Shown here in pieces: positions 19,263 through 27,764 of a DNA stretch of 33,651 nucleotides. This DNA comes from Candidatus Zixiibacteriota bacterium. GTDB taxonomy: Bacteria; Zixibacteria; MSB-5A5; UBA10806; 4484-95. Below the pieces are notes generated by a model that ran no database searches, had not been told where the DNA came from, and worked only from the letters and a program-made list of their open reading frames with translations. The stretch lies in NCBI GenBank assembly GCA_029932605.1, contig JAOZPT010000026.1, positions 1 to 33,651 of the forward strand, read 5' to 3'. How positions within the stretch are numbered: the first letter of the stretch is position 1; each line of letters starts with the position of its first letter. Both the position numbers and the translations under genes were made by a program.

Positions 19263-22200
19263 TTACATTACTTTATGGGAGATTTCCAATATTTTATCCT
19301 GTTTGTTGGATATTTTACAACGATGATTTATAGCTCTCATAAACTCAATTTTTCTTTTATGCGATACTTTTATTTTTTCAGATATCGAACTGTTAACATC
19401 TTTCTCCATACGATCTTTCAAGGTAATAATCTTAGATGTAAGCTTTTCAGGAATATCAGTTATTAATCCACAGGCCTCGCCAATCTCCATCAGTTCTAAG
19501 ACTACAAGCGCTAAATCTTTCTTTATCGCTTTTTGTAAAGATGACCTAAGCAATCTGGAAGTTGTTTTTCTGATTCCCTTTGCCGATAGTAACATAACCT
19601 GCAGTTTTGATATTTCTATTTCGATCTCGGGGGAATTATTCAACCTGGCTATGTTTTTTAGCCCATTTATAATCTCTTCACAAGCAATTAAATCAGCGGA
19701 TTTTAAATATAACCAACCACTTAATATCTTCGACCTCATCTCCAGTTCGTTTGAACCGACTTGTTGAGCAATTTTGGTAAACGATGATATATCCTCCGAT
19801 TTTAAATCACCTTTGAAAAACATTAGCTTACTCATCCTGAGCTTGGTTTCAAGTATGAATTCATCATTTTTTAGATTTAGACCTATATCCAGAGCTTTAT
19901 TAAAATAATCCATCGCTTTTTCGAAATCTCCCCAGCAGAAATAAACGAACCCGATATCACCCTCGGTGTAGGCAAGGCTGTACTGGTCGCCTATTTTTCG
20001 AAAAATCTCTCTTGCTAGATTGAGTTTCTCAACCGCTTGGGCCAGATAGCCTCGGCTGGTTAGGTTGGTGCCGAGATTTGCACAGGCATATGCCCTGGAG
20101 CGGGTTGCTCCTATCCTTTCAAAAATCTTCTGAGCTTTTTCATATGATTTCGCCGCCTTGCAAAGCCTACCCATCTCATCGTTTATTATGCCAAGATTAT
20201 TAATTATCTTGGACTGCCCACCAAGGTCTTTTAATTGCCTGTATAATGCCAGTGCGGATTTATAATATCCGGCCGATTCCTTGAGTTTGCCAAGGCTCCA
20301 ATGACAGATGCCAAGGTTATTATAAATTTGTGCCACTAAATCAGCCGGCGAATTAAAGGTCTTGGCCAAAGATAGGGCTTCACACAATTGTCTTCGGCAG
20401 TCCTGAAGTTTACCTCTTCGGCGGGCAATCTCCGCTCTGCAGTTAAGCCAGAAAACTTTCATGTGAGGATCATCAGGCATCAATTCCTCAAGTTCGACCA
20501 TAGTCTTTTCAGCTTTGTCGTAATCGGCTATTTGTCGGTATATCTCGGAGAGGTTACATAGAGCATCAACCTTTTTTGAGAGGTCCTCTCCTGAAATATC
20601 TTTCAGTCTCAAATAATCACTTTCTGCAAGTTTGAAATCGCTGGTATGTTTTGCAAGCCTACCACGACTCTGCAGGATTTTCAAAATATATTCATTAGCG
20701 TTGTGTTTTTCGGCTATCTGAAGAGCTTTTGTAAAAAATTTGATAGCTTCGGTATTGGCAAACTCAGCGGCAGCTTTTTTACCAGCTAAGAGAAGATAAG
20801 GCAATGCCCTTTTATCTTCGCCAGCTAAGAGAAAGTGGCGAGCCGGAATTTCTGGCTGACATTTAACTTTCCTTTTTTTGTTAGCGAAATATTCGGCTGT
20901 TTTCAGGTGCAATGTACGACGAATCGAGAATGGTAGGCCGTTATATGCAACCTCCTGGGTAAGGATATGCTTGAACATGTATTCAAGTACTGGCTGGCGC
21001 CTTTCAAGGGGGGTTAAGTCAAGATGGCTTAACTCATCTAAGTATCCTCTCAACTTACCGATCCTTTTTCGGTCAGGATATATCGAACATAGGACATTGT
21101 AGGCAAACACCCTTCCTATAACACTGGCAGTACGCACAGTCTTTTTGACTGCTTCGCCAAGGTTATCTATTCGGGCTGTTATTACCGATTCTATGCCGGA
21201 TGGGATATTATCACATGATGAGAATTTCTTGGCGCCCAGTTCCCGGAAAGCCTTAGCCATTTCCTCAAGGTAAAACGGATTACCACCCGACTTTTCGATA
21301 ACCCGTTCTATTATATCCTGATTCGGGACAATATCCTTAAGAACAGATAGAAACAGTTTCTGCGAATTTTCTCGTGATAAGCCTGCCAGCTTAATCGTTC
21401 TAACTCCGCTCTTATTTTTCAGCTTCTCATATGTATCACCAGGCCGACACAAAAACACGACTCCAGGAGCGAATTGTTTACCCAAAAGAGATTCTATTAT
21501 CTCAAAGGAAGCGTTATCAACCCACTGAACGTCCTCCATTATCAACAATGATAACCTGTTTTTATTTATCTCACAAAACAGCCGGCACAGAATATTACGA
21601 ATTTTTTCTTTCTTGATATCCTCGGGCAGATTCTTCAACTGTGGAGGTGCCGGTGGGAAATAATCAAATAAGGGAGCTATCAATGGTTCCCATTCAGACT
21701 CGTTGATTTTTTTCAGGTATCTTAAAAGAGCCTGTTTGCGCTGTTTTTGGGATGCTCTCGATGTCAGATTCAAAAATCCCGATAAAATGGTTTTTAATGG
21801 CTCGTAAGGCGTTTTTTCGGAATACTTAAAACAGGCTCCTTCAGTGTAGTGAAGTCCAGCCCTGGCGGCCATCTGCTTTATATTGGCACATAGAAGCGAC
21901 TTGCCAGTCCCCGGTTCGCCAGCTATCAACAGTTGCGAGGGGTTCCCCTGTATTACTTTATTGATAAACTCCTGTGCTTGTTTTAATTCATCCTCGCGAC
22001 CTATCATCCGCTCAGCAGTAACACCCTCTGTGATTTGATCTTCTAAATAATATAATCTCACCGGTTCAGCTTTACCCTTAACAGGAACTAAATCACCCCC
22101 GCTGGTTATAAATTTTTCTCCACAGGTGGTTATCGTCTTTTCACCAACCAATACATCTCCATATTTTGCTTCCGTCATCAGCCGGGCAGCTAGGTTGATG

Positions 22201-23351
22201 GCATCCCCCATGGCAGTATATTCACGCCGGCTTGCTCCACCAACATCGCCAACGAAACATAGCCCGGTGTTCACGCCGTATCGGTGTTTAACCGGTATGA
22301 CAAAATTTTCGTTCAGTTTAGATAGAATTGACTGTATCTCAATGATTGCTTTCAGGCAGTTTTCAGTATCATGCCCGGAGCTTACAGGCGCACCGAAAAA
22401 AGCTAACATCTTTTCTGAGGTATGGCTTGAATCCAAGCGAGCAAAAGCACCTCCATGTTTTTCAATTATTTCATTAATTGTAGTAAAATAGTTGTTGATG
22501 GCTGACACTGAATTTTTGCTGTCGGCCTCAAGGTTTGCCCTCAACGAACTTACTCCGATAAAAAGAGATGTTAGTACTCGATGTTCCCCCTCGATAACGC
22601 CAGCATTATAATTGAGCCGCTCTTTGAGACCATTTATGACAAATCTTTCGAGATTTTCATCTAAGGGCTTTGTAGATTTGCTGAAAATATCATCCCATCC
22701 TTGTCTGGTAGCAAACTTAATTTTATTTGATTTGTGTAACTTACGGCAAATACAAAAACCATTCTCTAATTCTGTAATGTCAATTCCATTTATGGAGCTG
22801 GCAACATGTTTAGTCAGGGCAACCTGACCTAAACCGGCAGTATCAGCGGCCATATAAGCATTCTCCACAGTCAGGCCACAGAAAAGATGTTCTTTGCGTT
22901 TGTCTCCGATATATAGGTTATAGATATCGCCGGCGCTTATGCCAGCATGAATACCAAGCGAGAAATCACCCACTGGCGTTGAAATTCTACCGTTTTCCGT
23001 TATCCAATGAATTAAATCACCTGCACACATGTATGCGCGGGAGGTGTTGTCGGTGCCGCTGAAAAATGCTAAGAAAGCATCGCCACCAAATTTGATAACA
23101 TCACCACCGTAAGCAAACACCACTCCTAATAATAAATTAAAACGGTTGTTTATTATTCCAGCCAGTTTCTCAGCCCCCAACCTTCCCAGGGAGGCAAGCC
23201 TCTCCGATATGGCGGTGAAACCGGAAAGGTCAGCGAAGAGAAGACTGCCTGTTATGGTTATGTCTTGCTGGACGGTCTGGGGTTTTGAAAATGATTTTAT
23301 TAAGATATCAGGGAGATAAGGCAAGATATATTTTGTCGAATCGATTTTCAT
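19263..23351 (-). CDS. Tandem class III nucleotide cyclase (sAC-like C1/C2) + STAND P-loop NTPase + TPR repeats
   Basis: C1: FADLSGFT, IKFGGDA. C2: FFGAP, GVNTG, REYTAMGDAINLAARLM. Walker A GEPGTGKS, Walker B LLIMEDVQWVD, GGNPFYLEE, FKHILTQEVAY. TPRs such as YNNLGICHW, INNLGII and ACANLG. Confidence 0.92.
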   Translation of the reverse strand: MKIDSTKYILPYLPDILIKSFSKPQTVQQDITITGSLLFADLSGFTAISERLASLGRLGAEKLAGIINNRFNLLLGVVFAYGGDVIKFGGDAFLAFFSGTDNTSRAYMCAGDLIHWITENGRISTPVGDFSLGIHAGISAGDIYNLYIGDKRKEHLFCGLTVENAYMAADTAGLGQVALTKHVASSINGIDITELENGFCICRKLHKSNKIKFATRQGWDDIFSKSTKPLDENLERFVINGLKERLNYNAGVIEGEHRVLTSLFIGVSSLRANLEADSKNSVSAINNYFTTINEIIEKHGGAFARLDSSHTSEKMLAFFGAPVSSGHDTENCLKAIIEIQSILSKLNENFVIPVKHRYGVNTGLCFVGDVGGASRREYTAMGDAINLAARLMTEAKYGDVLVGEKTITTCGEKFITSGGDLVPVKGKAEPVRLYYLEDQITEGVTAERMIGREDELKQAQEFINKVIQGNPSQLLIAGEPGTGKSLLCANIKQMAARAGLHYTEGACFKYSEKTPYEPLKTILSGFLNLTSRASQKQRKQALLRYLKKINESEWEPLIAPLFDYFPPAPPQLKNLPEDIKKEKIRNILCRLFCEINKNRLSLLIMEDVQWVDNASFEIIESLLGKQFAPGVVFLCRPGDTYEKLKNKSGVRTIKLAGLSRENSQKLFLSVLKDIVPNQDIIERVIEKSGGNPFYLEEMAKAFRELGAKKFSSCDNIPSGIESVITARIDNLGEAVKKTVRTASVIGRVFAYNVLCSIYPDRKRIGKLRGYLDELSHLDLTPLERRQPVLEYMFKHILTQEVAYNGLPFSIRRTLHLKTAEYFANKKRKVKCQPEIPARHFLLAGEDKRALPYLLLAGKKAAAEFANTEAIKFFTKALQIAEKHNANEYILKILQSRGRLAKHTSDFKLAESDYLRLKDISGEDLSKKVDALCNLSEIYRQIADYDKAEKTMVELEELMPDDPHMKVFWLNCRAEIARRRGKLQDCRRQLCEALSLAKTFNSPADLVAQIYNNLGICHWSLGKLKESAGYYKSALALYRQLKDLGGQSKIINNLGIINDEMGRLCKAAKSYEKAQKIFERIGATRSRAYACANLGTNLTSRGYLAQAVEKLNLAREIFRKIGDQYSLAYTEGDIGFVYFCWGDFEKAMDYFNKALDIGLNLKNDEFILETKLRMSKLMFFKGDLKSEDISSFTKIAQQVGSNELEMRSKILSGWLYLKSADLIACEEIINGLKNIARLNNSPEIEIEISKLQVMLLSAKGIRKTTSRLLRSSLQKAIKKDLALVVLELMEIGEACGLITDIPEKLTSKIITLKDRMEKDVNSSISEKIKVSHKRKIEFMRAINHRCKISNKQDKILEISHKVM

Positions 23352-23362
23352 TTTTTTCTAAA

Positions 23363-23710
23363 TCAACAGTAGATAAAAATCCTGTAAATATAGAGCACCA
23401 AAAGATGCATTATTTGGTCAAGATAAAATGCCTGCTTGGTGCCTTTGTTTATGCGACATTTTATAAAGTCCTGGAGCAAGTGTTGAATAAAAACCACCCC
23501 TAAGAAAACCAGTGTGGAGATTTTGAAAAATAATCCTGGTTTATATAATAAAGAATAGAAGATAAAAAAAAGCCATAAGCAAGCTGTGTAGATTACCACA
23601 TGGTATAATAGCATTGCAAGAGATTTATTTTTACTGGAGGCCATATAGTCAGTCTGTAATGCAAAATCCCCACAAAGATGGCCAAATAAGAGAAAGAATA
23701 GTATATCCAT
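23363..23710 (-). CDS. DUF3307-like small membrane protein
   Basis: GHLCGDFALQT, YHVVIY, QHLLQDFIK and LDQIMH motifs within 3-4 hydrophobic helices. ATG 23710; the ORF is open to 23722. Confidence 0.8.
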   Translation of the reverse strand: MDILFFLLFGHLCGDFALQTDYMASSKNKSLAMLLYHVVIYTACLWLFFIFYSLLYKPGLFFKISTLVFLGVVFIQHLLQDFIKCRINKGTKQAFYLDQIMHLLVLYIYRIFIYC

Positions 23711-23714
23711 TGTC

Positions 23715-25343
23715 TTAACCAACCTTGGTTGTAGTCGTTTGGGGACATGGTTTTTGTTTCAATGGAATCTCGAAATGGAAGATAGCTCCCCCCGTAGGAT
23801 TATGTTCTGCCCAAACCTTCCCGCAATGGCTTTTAATAATCCGTTTAACCGCCAAGAGCCCGAATCCATGACCACCTTTCTTGTTGGTGAAATGCTGGCG
23901 GAATACCCTTCCCAGATCTTCATCAGATAACCCCTCGCCGTTATCAATCACCGAAATCCGCGCCGATGGTTGTTCTGGTAGATATTTAGTTTTGATAGTT
24001 ATAAGTTTCTGCCCCGGAGCGTTTTTGGCGATAGCATCGGCGGCATTATTAAGCAGGTTGAATAAAGCCTGCTGTATCTGGCTCTTATCGGCTGTTATGG
24101 GAGGGAGGTTTCGATCGAAATCAAAGATGAATTTTACACCATCAAAACGATTTTGGGCTTTAACGAAAAACAGTTCATTCTCTAAAAAACTGTTTAAATC
24201 AAATAGTTCTTTTTTGGAGGCTGGACGAGAATACATCATGAGCCTTTCTGTAAACTGTGTTATCCTGTCTAACCCCTCTTTCATGGATTTGATTTTCTTG
24301 GATGTAGATTCAGTTTTGCCAGCTTGTATCTCCATTTGAATAAGTTCAAGATTGCCGAGGATGATGGAGAGGTAATTGTTTAGCTCGTGAGCGATCTCGG
24401 CCGCCATTTCACCACGTGTAGCCATCCGCTCAAGAAATATCATCTGGCGCTCAACATTTTTTTCCTCGGTGATATCCCTTCCCATATAAAGGCTGGCCAA
24501 AGCCTCTTCCTTTTCATTGAAAACCCTGGCGCCAACAAGTTCTATAAAAATTTTCCTTTTATCTTTGGTTTCAACAAAGACATTTCCCGACCACACCTTG
24601 TGCTCGTGAAGGCGCTTCTCAATATCCTCCAGGATATCCTTTTTGTTAACAGGCTTAAGTAAAGACTCTAAACCGGTTCCGGCAATTTCCCGGAAGTTAT
24701 AGCCAAATACTTTCTTGGCTGCATCATTGAATATGAATATTTTCCCTTGTGAATCTGTAACAATCATAAAAAACTGGGAGGCGGAAATAATTTTCCCCAG
24801 AAATTTATTTGCCACCATTAAATCCTGGTTGGATTTCTCCAGCTTGTTAGTTGCCTCTTTAAGTTTTATATTGGCTTTTTCAAGCTGTTCATTTTTCTTT
24901 TCAAGGTCAGAAATCATCTGCAGGTCAGCCTGGCGAAGACGGGATGATAAAACTCCCATAACTTTCAAGGCAACAGGTGGATTTTTCCTGACAAGCTCGA
25001 TAAACGCATATCTGGACAGCTCTAATACTACACTTTCGCCAACTGATTTTGCTGTGGCGAATCGTGGTGAATCCTCCAGAAGTGACATCTCGCCAAAAAA
25101 ATCCCCTTTATTACGCGTTGCCAGTTTGATAAGTTTGTTCGAAGTGGGGTCGCCTTTTAAAATCTCTATTGTTCCAGATTTGATAATGTAAAAGGCATCT
25201 CCTGGGTCACCCTCTGAGAATAGAATCTCGCCCCTTGAAAGATTTTTCTCCTTTATGGCCGCCTCGAAATGACTAAGGATTTCCTCGGGTATATAGTCAA
25301 AAAGCGGTACTTGTTTTAGAAGAATTTTTACGGTATCAGACAT
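23715..25343 (-). CDS. Cytoplasmic sensor histidine kinase: cNMP-binding domain - coiled coil - PAS - HisKA - HATPase
   Basis: cNMP domain: LFSEGDPGDAFYII and GDFFGEMSLLEDSPRFATA. PAS domain ends in RDITE. H-box AEIAHELNN; N, G1, F and G2 boxes (NLLNNA, DNGEG, HFTNK, GHGFGL). Confidence 0.93.
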   Translation of the reverse strand: MSDTVKILLKQVPLFDYIPEEILSHFEAAIKEKNLSRGEILFSEGDPGDAFYIIKSGTIEILKGDPTSNKLIKLATRNKGDFFGEMSLLEDSPRFATAKSVGESVVLELSRYAFIELVRKNPPVALKVMGVLSSRLRQADLQMISDLEKKNEQLEKANIKLKEATNKLEKSNQDLMVANKFLGKIISASQFFMIVTDSQGKIFIFNDAAKKVFGYNFREIAGTGLESLLKPVNKKDILEDIEKRLHEHKVWSGNVFVETKDKRKIFIELVGARVFNEKEEALASLYMGRDITEEKNVERQMIFLERMATRGEMAAEIAHELNNYLSIILGNLELIQMEIQAGKTESTSKKIKSMKEGLDRITQFTERLMMYSRPASKKELFDLNSFLENELFFVKAQNRFDGVKFIFDFDRNLPPITADKSQIQQALFNLLNNAADAIAKNAPGQKLITIKTKYLPEQPSARISVIDNGEGLSDEDLGRVFRQHFTNKKGGHGFGLLAVKRIIKSHCGKVWAEHNPTGGAIFHFEIPLKQKPCPQTTTTKVG

Positions 25344-25510
25344 AATTATACCTTGACAATTAATTTATCGTCATATATTTTCACAAGTTAAGTTTTGAGC
25401 ATTAATACCTGCCCTTTAAGAAAGGGTTTTTAGGTAAATGGAACAAAATCGAGGTAAAAGGTGTTTACTTATACTGAGAAAATGAAATTATATTGAAATA
25501 GGGTTGTCCT

Positions 25511-25708
25511 ATGCCGATTTTTGAATACAAATGTAACAAGTGCGGATCAAAATTTGAGCTTCTAAGATCTGCATCTGATGATTCTGGTATAATTTGTCCA
25601 AATTGCGGAGCTGGAGATATCGTTAAGATATTTTCAGCTTTTGCCAGCTCCTCATCCGGGGTATCCAGCAGCTATTGTAGAAGTAGTTCAGGTTTCACCT
25701 GAGCCTGA
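25511..25708 (+). CDS. FmdB-family zinc-ribbon protein, probable C-terminal selenocysteine (ends GFT-U-A)
   Basis: MPIFEYKCNKCG...CPNCG...FSAF. TGA 25700-25702 is followed by GCC TGA and a SECIS-like hairpin. Without read-through the CDS ends at 25702. Confidence 0.8.
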
Positions 25709-25710
25709 TA

Positions 25711-25735
25711 TTGCCCTTCCGGTCGGAAGGGGTAA
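25711..25735 (+). promoter_or_regulatory. Candidate SECIS hairpin for the fmdB-like gene
   Basis: TTGCCCTTCC-GGTC-GGAAGGGGTAA. The G-initiated loop starts 18 nt after the UGA. Confidence 0.55.
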
Positions 25736-25994
25736 CTAATTTTTACCCAACATGTTATATGTTTATTCGATGTTGCTGTAATGTAGTATTTTTACAGAGT
25801 TAAGTGGTTTATTGACTCAGGTTATATTTTATCTTCTGTTGGATTTATTACCTCACCCGAAATCGAATCGATTTTCTATTGTCTTGCTGACCGGCTTGGC
25901 CTATATTTTATTAAGTTATAAGTACTCTGACAGTTTTTCTGTCTTGAATGTTTTTTAACGATTACGGTGTTTGCAAAATGCTGGGTGAAATAAA

Positions 25995-26501
25995 ATGAAT
26001 CATGTCGAGAAATCTAAAAGCTCGCTGTCATGGGAAGAATATTTTATGATTTTAGCGCTTGTGGCATCTTTAAAATCGAAGGATTCGAGCACTCAGGTAG
26101 GAGCAGTAATTGTCGACAACAAAACTCACAAAGTGATAAGCTCGGGCTATAACGGTTTTCCCCGCTATCTTGATGATGATAAAATTCCACAGGCGAGGCC
26201 TGAAAAGTATATGTATGTCGTTCATGCCGAACTAAATGCCATTCTTCATGCTGAAAGGCAACTTAATGATTGCACTATGTATGTCAGTGTTTACCCCTGT
26301 TCTGAATGTATGAAGGCGTTGATTCAAACCGGCATAAAGACCGTCATATATTTAAATGAACTCTCCGGGGATGACTGGCGAAAATCGAAGGAAGCCACAG
26401 AGAAAATGGCCAAACTGGCCAAAGTTGAAATCAGGCAGTTTAGGGGAAGTAATGAGATAATTGACTTTTTGCAATCCAAGGTAAATACGAGGAGGTCCTA
26501 G
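25995..26501 (+). CDS. dCMP deaminase (ComEB/cytidine deaminase family)
   Basis: SWEEYFM, SKDSSTQVGA, GYNGFP, VHAELNAI, PCSEC zinc motif. Confidence 0.92.
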   Translation: MNHVEKSKSSLSWEEYFMILALVASLKSKDSSTQVGAVIVDNKTHKVISSGYNGFPRYLDDDKIPQARPEKYMYVVHAELNAILHAERQLNDCTMYVSVYPCSECMKALIQTGIKTVIYLNELSGDDWRKSKEATEKMAKLAKVEIRQFRGSNEIIDFLQSKVNTRRS

Positions 26502-26599
26502 ATTGGCCGCCCTTTATAATAAAGGGACGTCTTGTTCCATGACTTGATGATAGATATTGTCAACAAAACAATTTCATTCATGGCGGTTTCCGTTATCAC

Positions 26600-26640
26600 C
26601 AGACCATTATCATAAAGATGGATGGTCTGATTTTATTTTC
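26600..26640 (+). terminator. Putative terminator downstream of the dCMP deaminase
   Basis: CAGACCAT...ATGGTCTG stem followed by ATTTTATTTT. Confidence 0.5.
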
Positions 26641-26949
26641 TATATTCTTTTTTAAACCCCATGGCTTTCCCCTGATGTAGCAGACAACAATTAGTGAAAC
26701 CGGGTTGTTATCTCTGCAGGTTGAGACCGCAGGTCGTTGAAGTTCTTTGAAGTCTTTAATCTTTATTTTTTTGCCAAATTTATATATTGAAGTGCAGTTA
26801 TGTTGTAATACGCCCTATAAAATTTCAATATTTATCTATCAGAAGTATTTTCAGCCACTTTACCGGCGTTCCTGCGAATTTAAAACGACATTTTAATTCT
26901 TGACATGCTTTTTTCATTTAAGATATATAACCATATCAGGAGGATGCAA

Positions 26950-27621
26950 ATGGCGCGAATAACGGTTGTTCTTGATGAAATAATTAACCTCTCTGGCAAT
27001 AGTGTTAAAGGTGAGCCCCGTCCGGCAAAAGCAGCCGCTTTATGTGAGCTTGGCGGTGCCAGCGGTGTGGCGATACAGGTATCCGATGGTGACATAACGC
27101 CTCGTTATGAGCGAATCGTTAAAAGCGTAAAAGAGGTGCTGGGGATACCATTAGCTTTAATCGTACCCGGTGAGGCAAAGATAATTGAGAAGGTGATAGA
27201 TTTAGCACCGGATATGGCTGTGTTGTGTGATTACAAGCCTACTGGAGAGGATTACATAGCTAGGCTTCAGGTGTCTAATATCATCGTTGCTTTAACCATA
27301 GCGCCGGAGATCGACCGGGTTAAATCTGCTGCCAAGATGAAAGCTGATTATGTTGTCCTTGATACCACGTCATATTGCGTTGAAAAGAATCTTTCTCTCA
27401 AGGTTGATATACTAAACAGGATATCCAAAGTTTCGGCTCTTGCCGAGCGACTGTCCATGGGGACCATTGTTTTTGGGCCGGTAACCATTATGGATTTGCA
27501 GAAGTTATCGAAGATAGAACAGATAGAGGAATTTTTCGTCGGCCATGAGGTCATATCAAAGGCTATACTATATGGCCTTGGAAAAGCGATAACCGAGCTT
27601 AAATCGGAAATAGTCATTTGA
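26950..27621 (+). CDS. PdxJ (pyridoxine 5'-phosphate synthase)-fold protein with degenerate active site
   Basis: EPRPAKAAALCELGGASGV, the spacing of the TIM-barrel elements and C-terminal IEEFFVGHEVISKAILYGL match PdxJ. Catalytic motifs are absent. ATG 26950 follows AGGAGG. Confidence 0.7.
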   Translation: MARITVVLDEIINLSGNSVKGEPRPAKAAALCELGGASGVAIQVSDGDITPRYERIVKSVKEVLGIPLALIVPGEAKIIEKVIDLAPDMAVLCDYKPTGEDYIARLQVSNIIVALTIAPEIDRVKSAAKMKADYVVLDTTSYCVEKNLSLKVDILNRISKVSALAERLSMGTIVFGPVTIMDLQKLSKIEQIEEFFVGHEVISKAILYGLGKAITELKSEIVI

Positions 27622-27764
27622 TCTTAACTTAGTCTTTTCCCATCATGTCATAGATTTAGTGTATCGAAAAAATATTAAAGGAAATCAGCTGAAAATATAT
27701 CTATTGTTTAGGCTTGTAATTATTAAAAGGTGAAATATAATTTAGCAGATAGAGGGGAATTATT

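Noticed and set aside
23351..23365. Sec read-through fusing DUF3307 (ends YC-TGA) to the cyclase
   Set aside because: The 11 nt gap puts the cyclase out of frame, another TGA follows within five codons, and there is no SECIS-like hairpin.
25745..25760. NrdR-box-like ACCCAACATGTTATAT upstream of the dCMP deaminase
   Set aside because: It lacks the conserved G, there is no clear tandem second box, and no convincing box lies upstream of thyX-nrdJ.
26660..26740. Possible ribozyme, 6S RNA or riboswitch in the deaminase-pdxJ spacer
   Set aside because: Only a weak interrupted hairpin. CTGATGTA/GAAAC does not fit the hammerhead core, and no family consensus was recognised.
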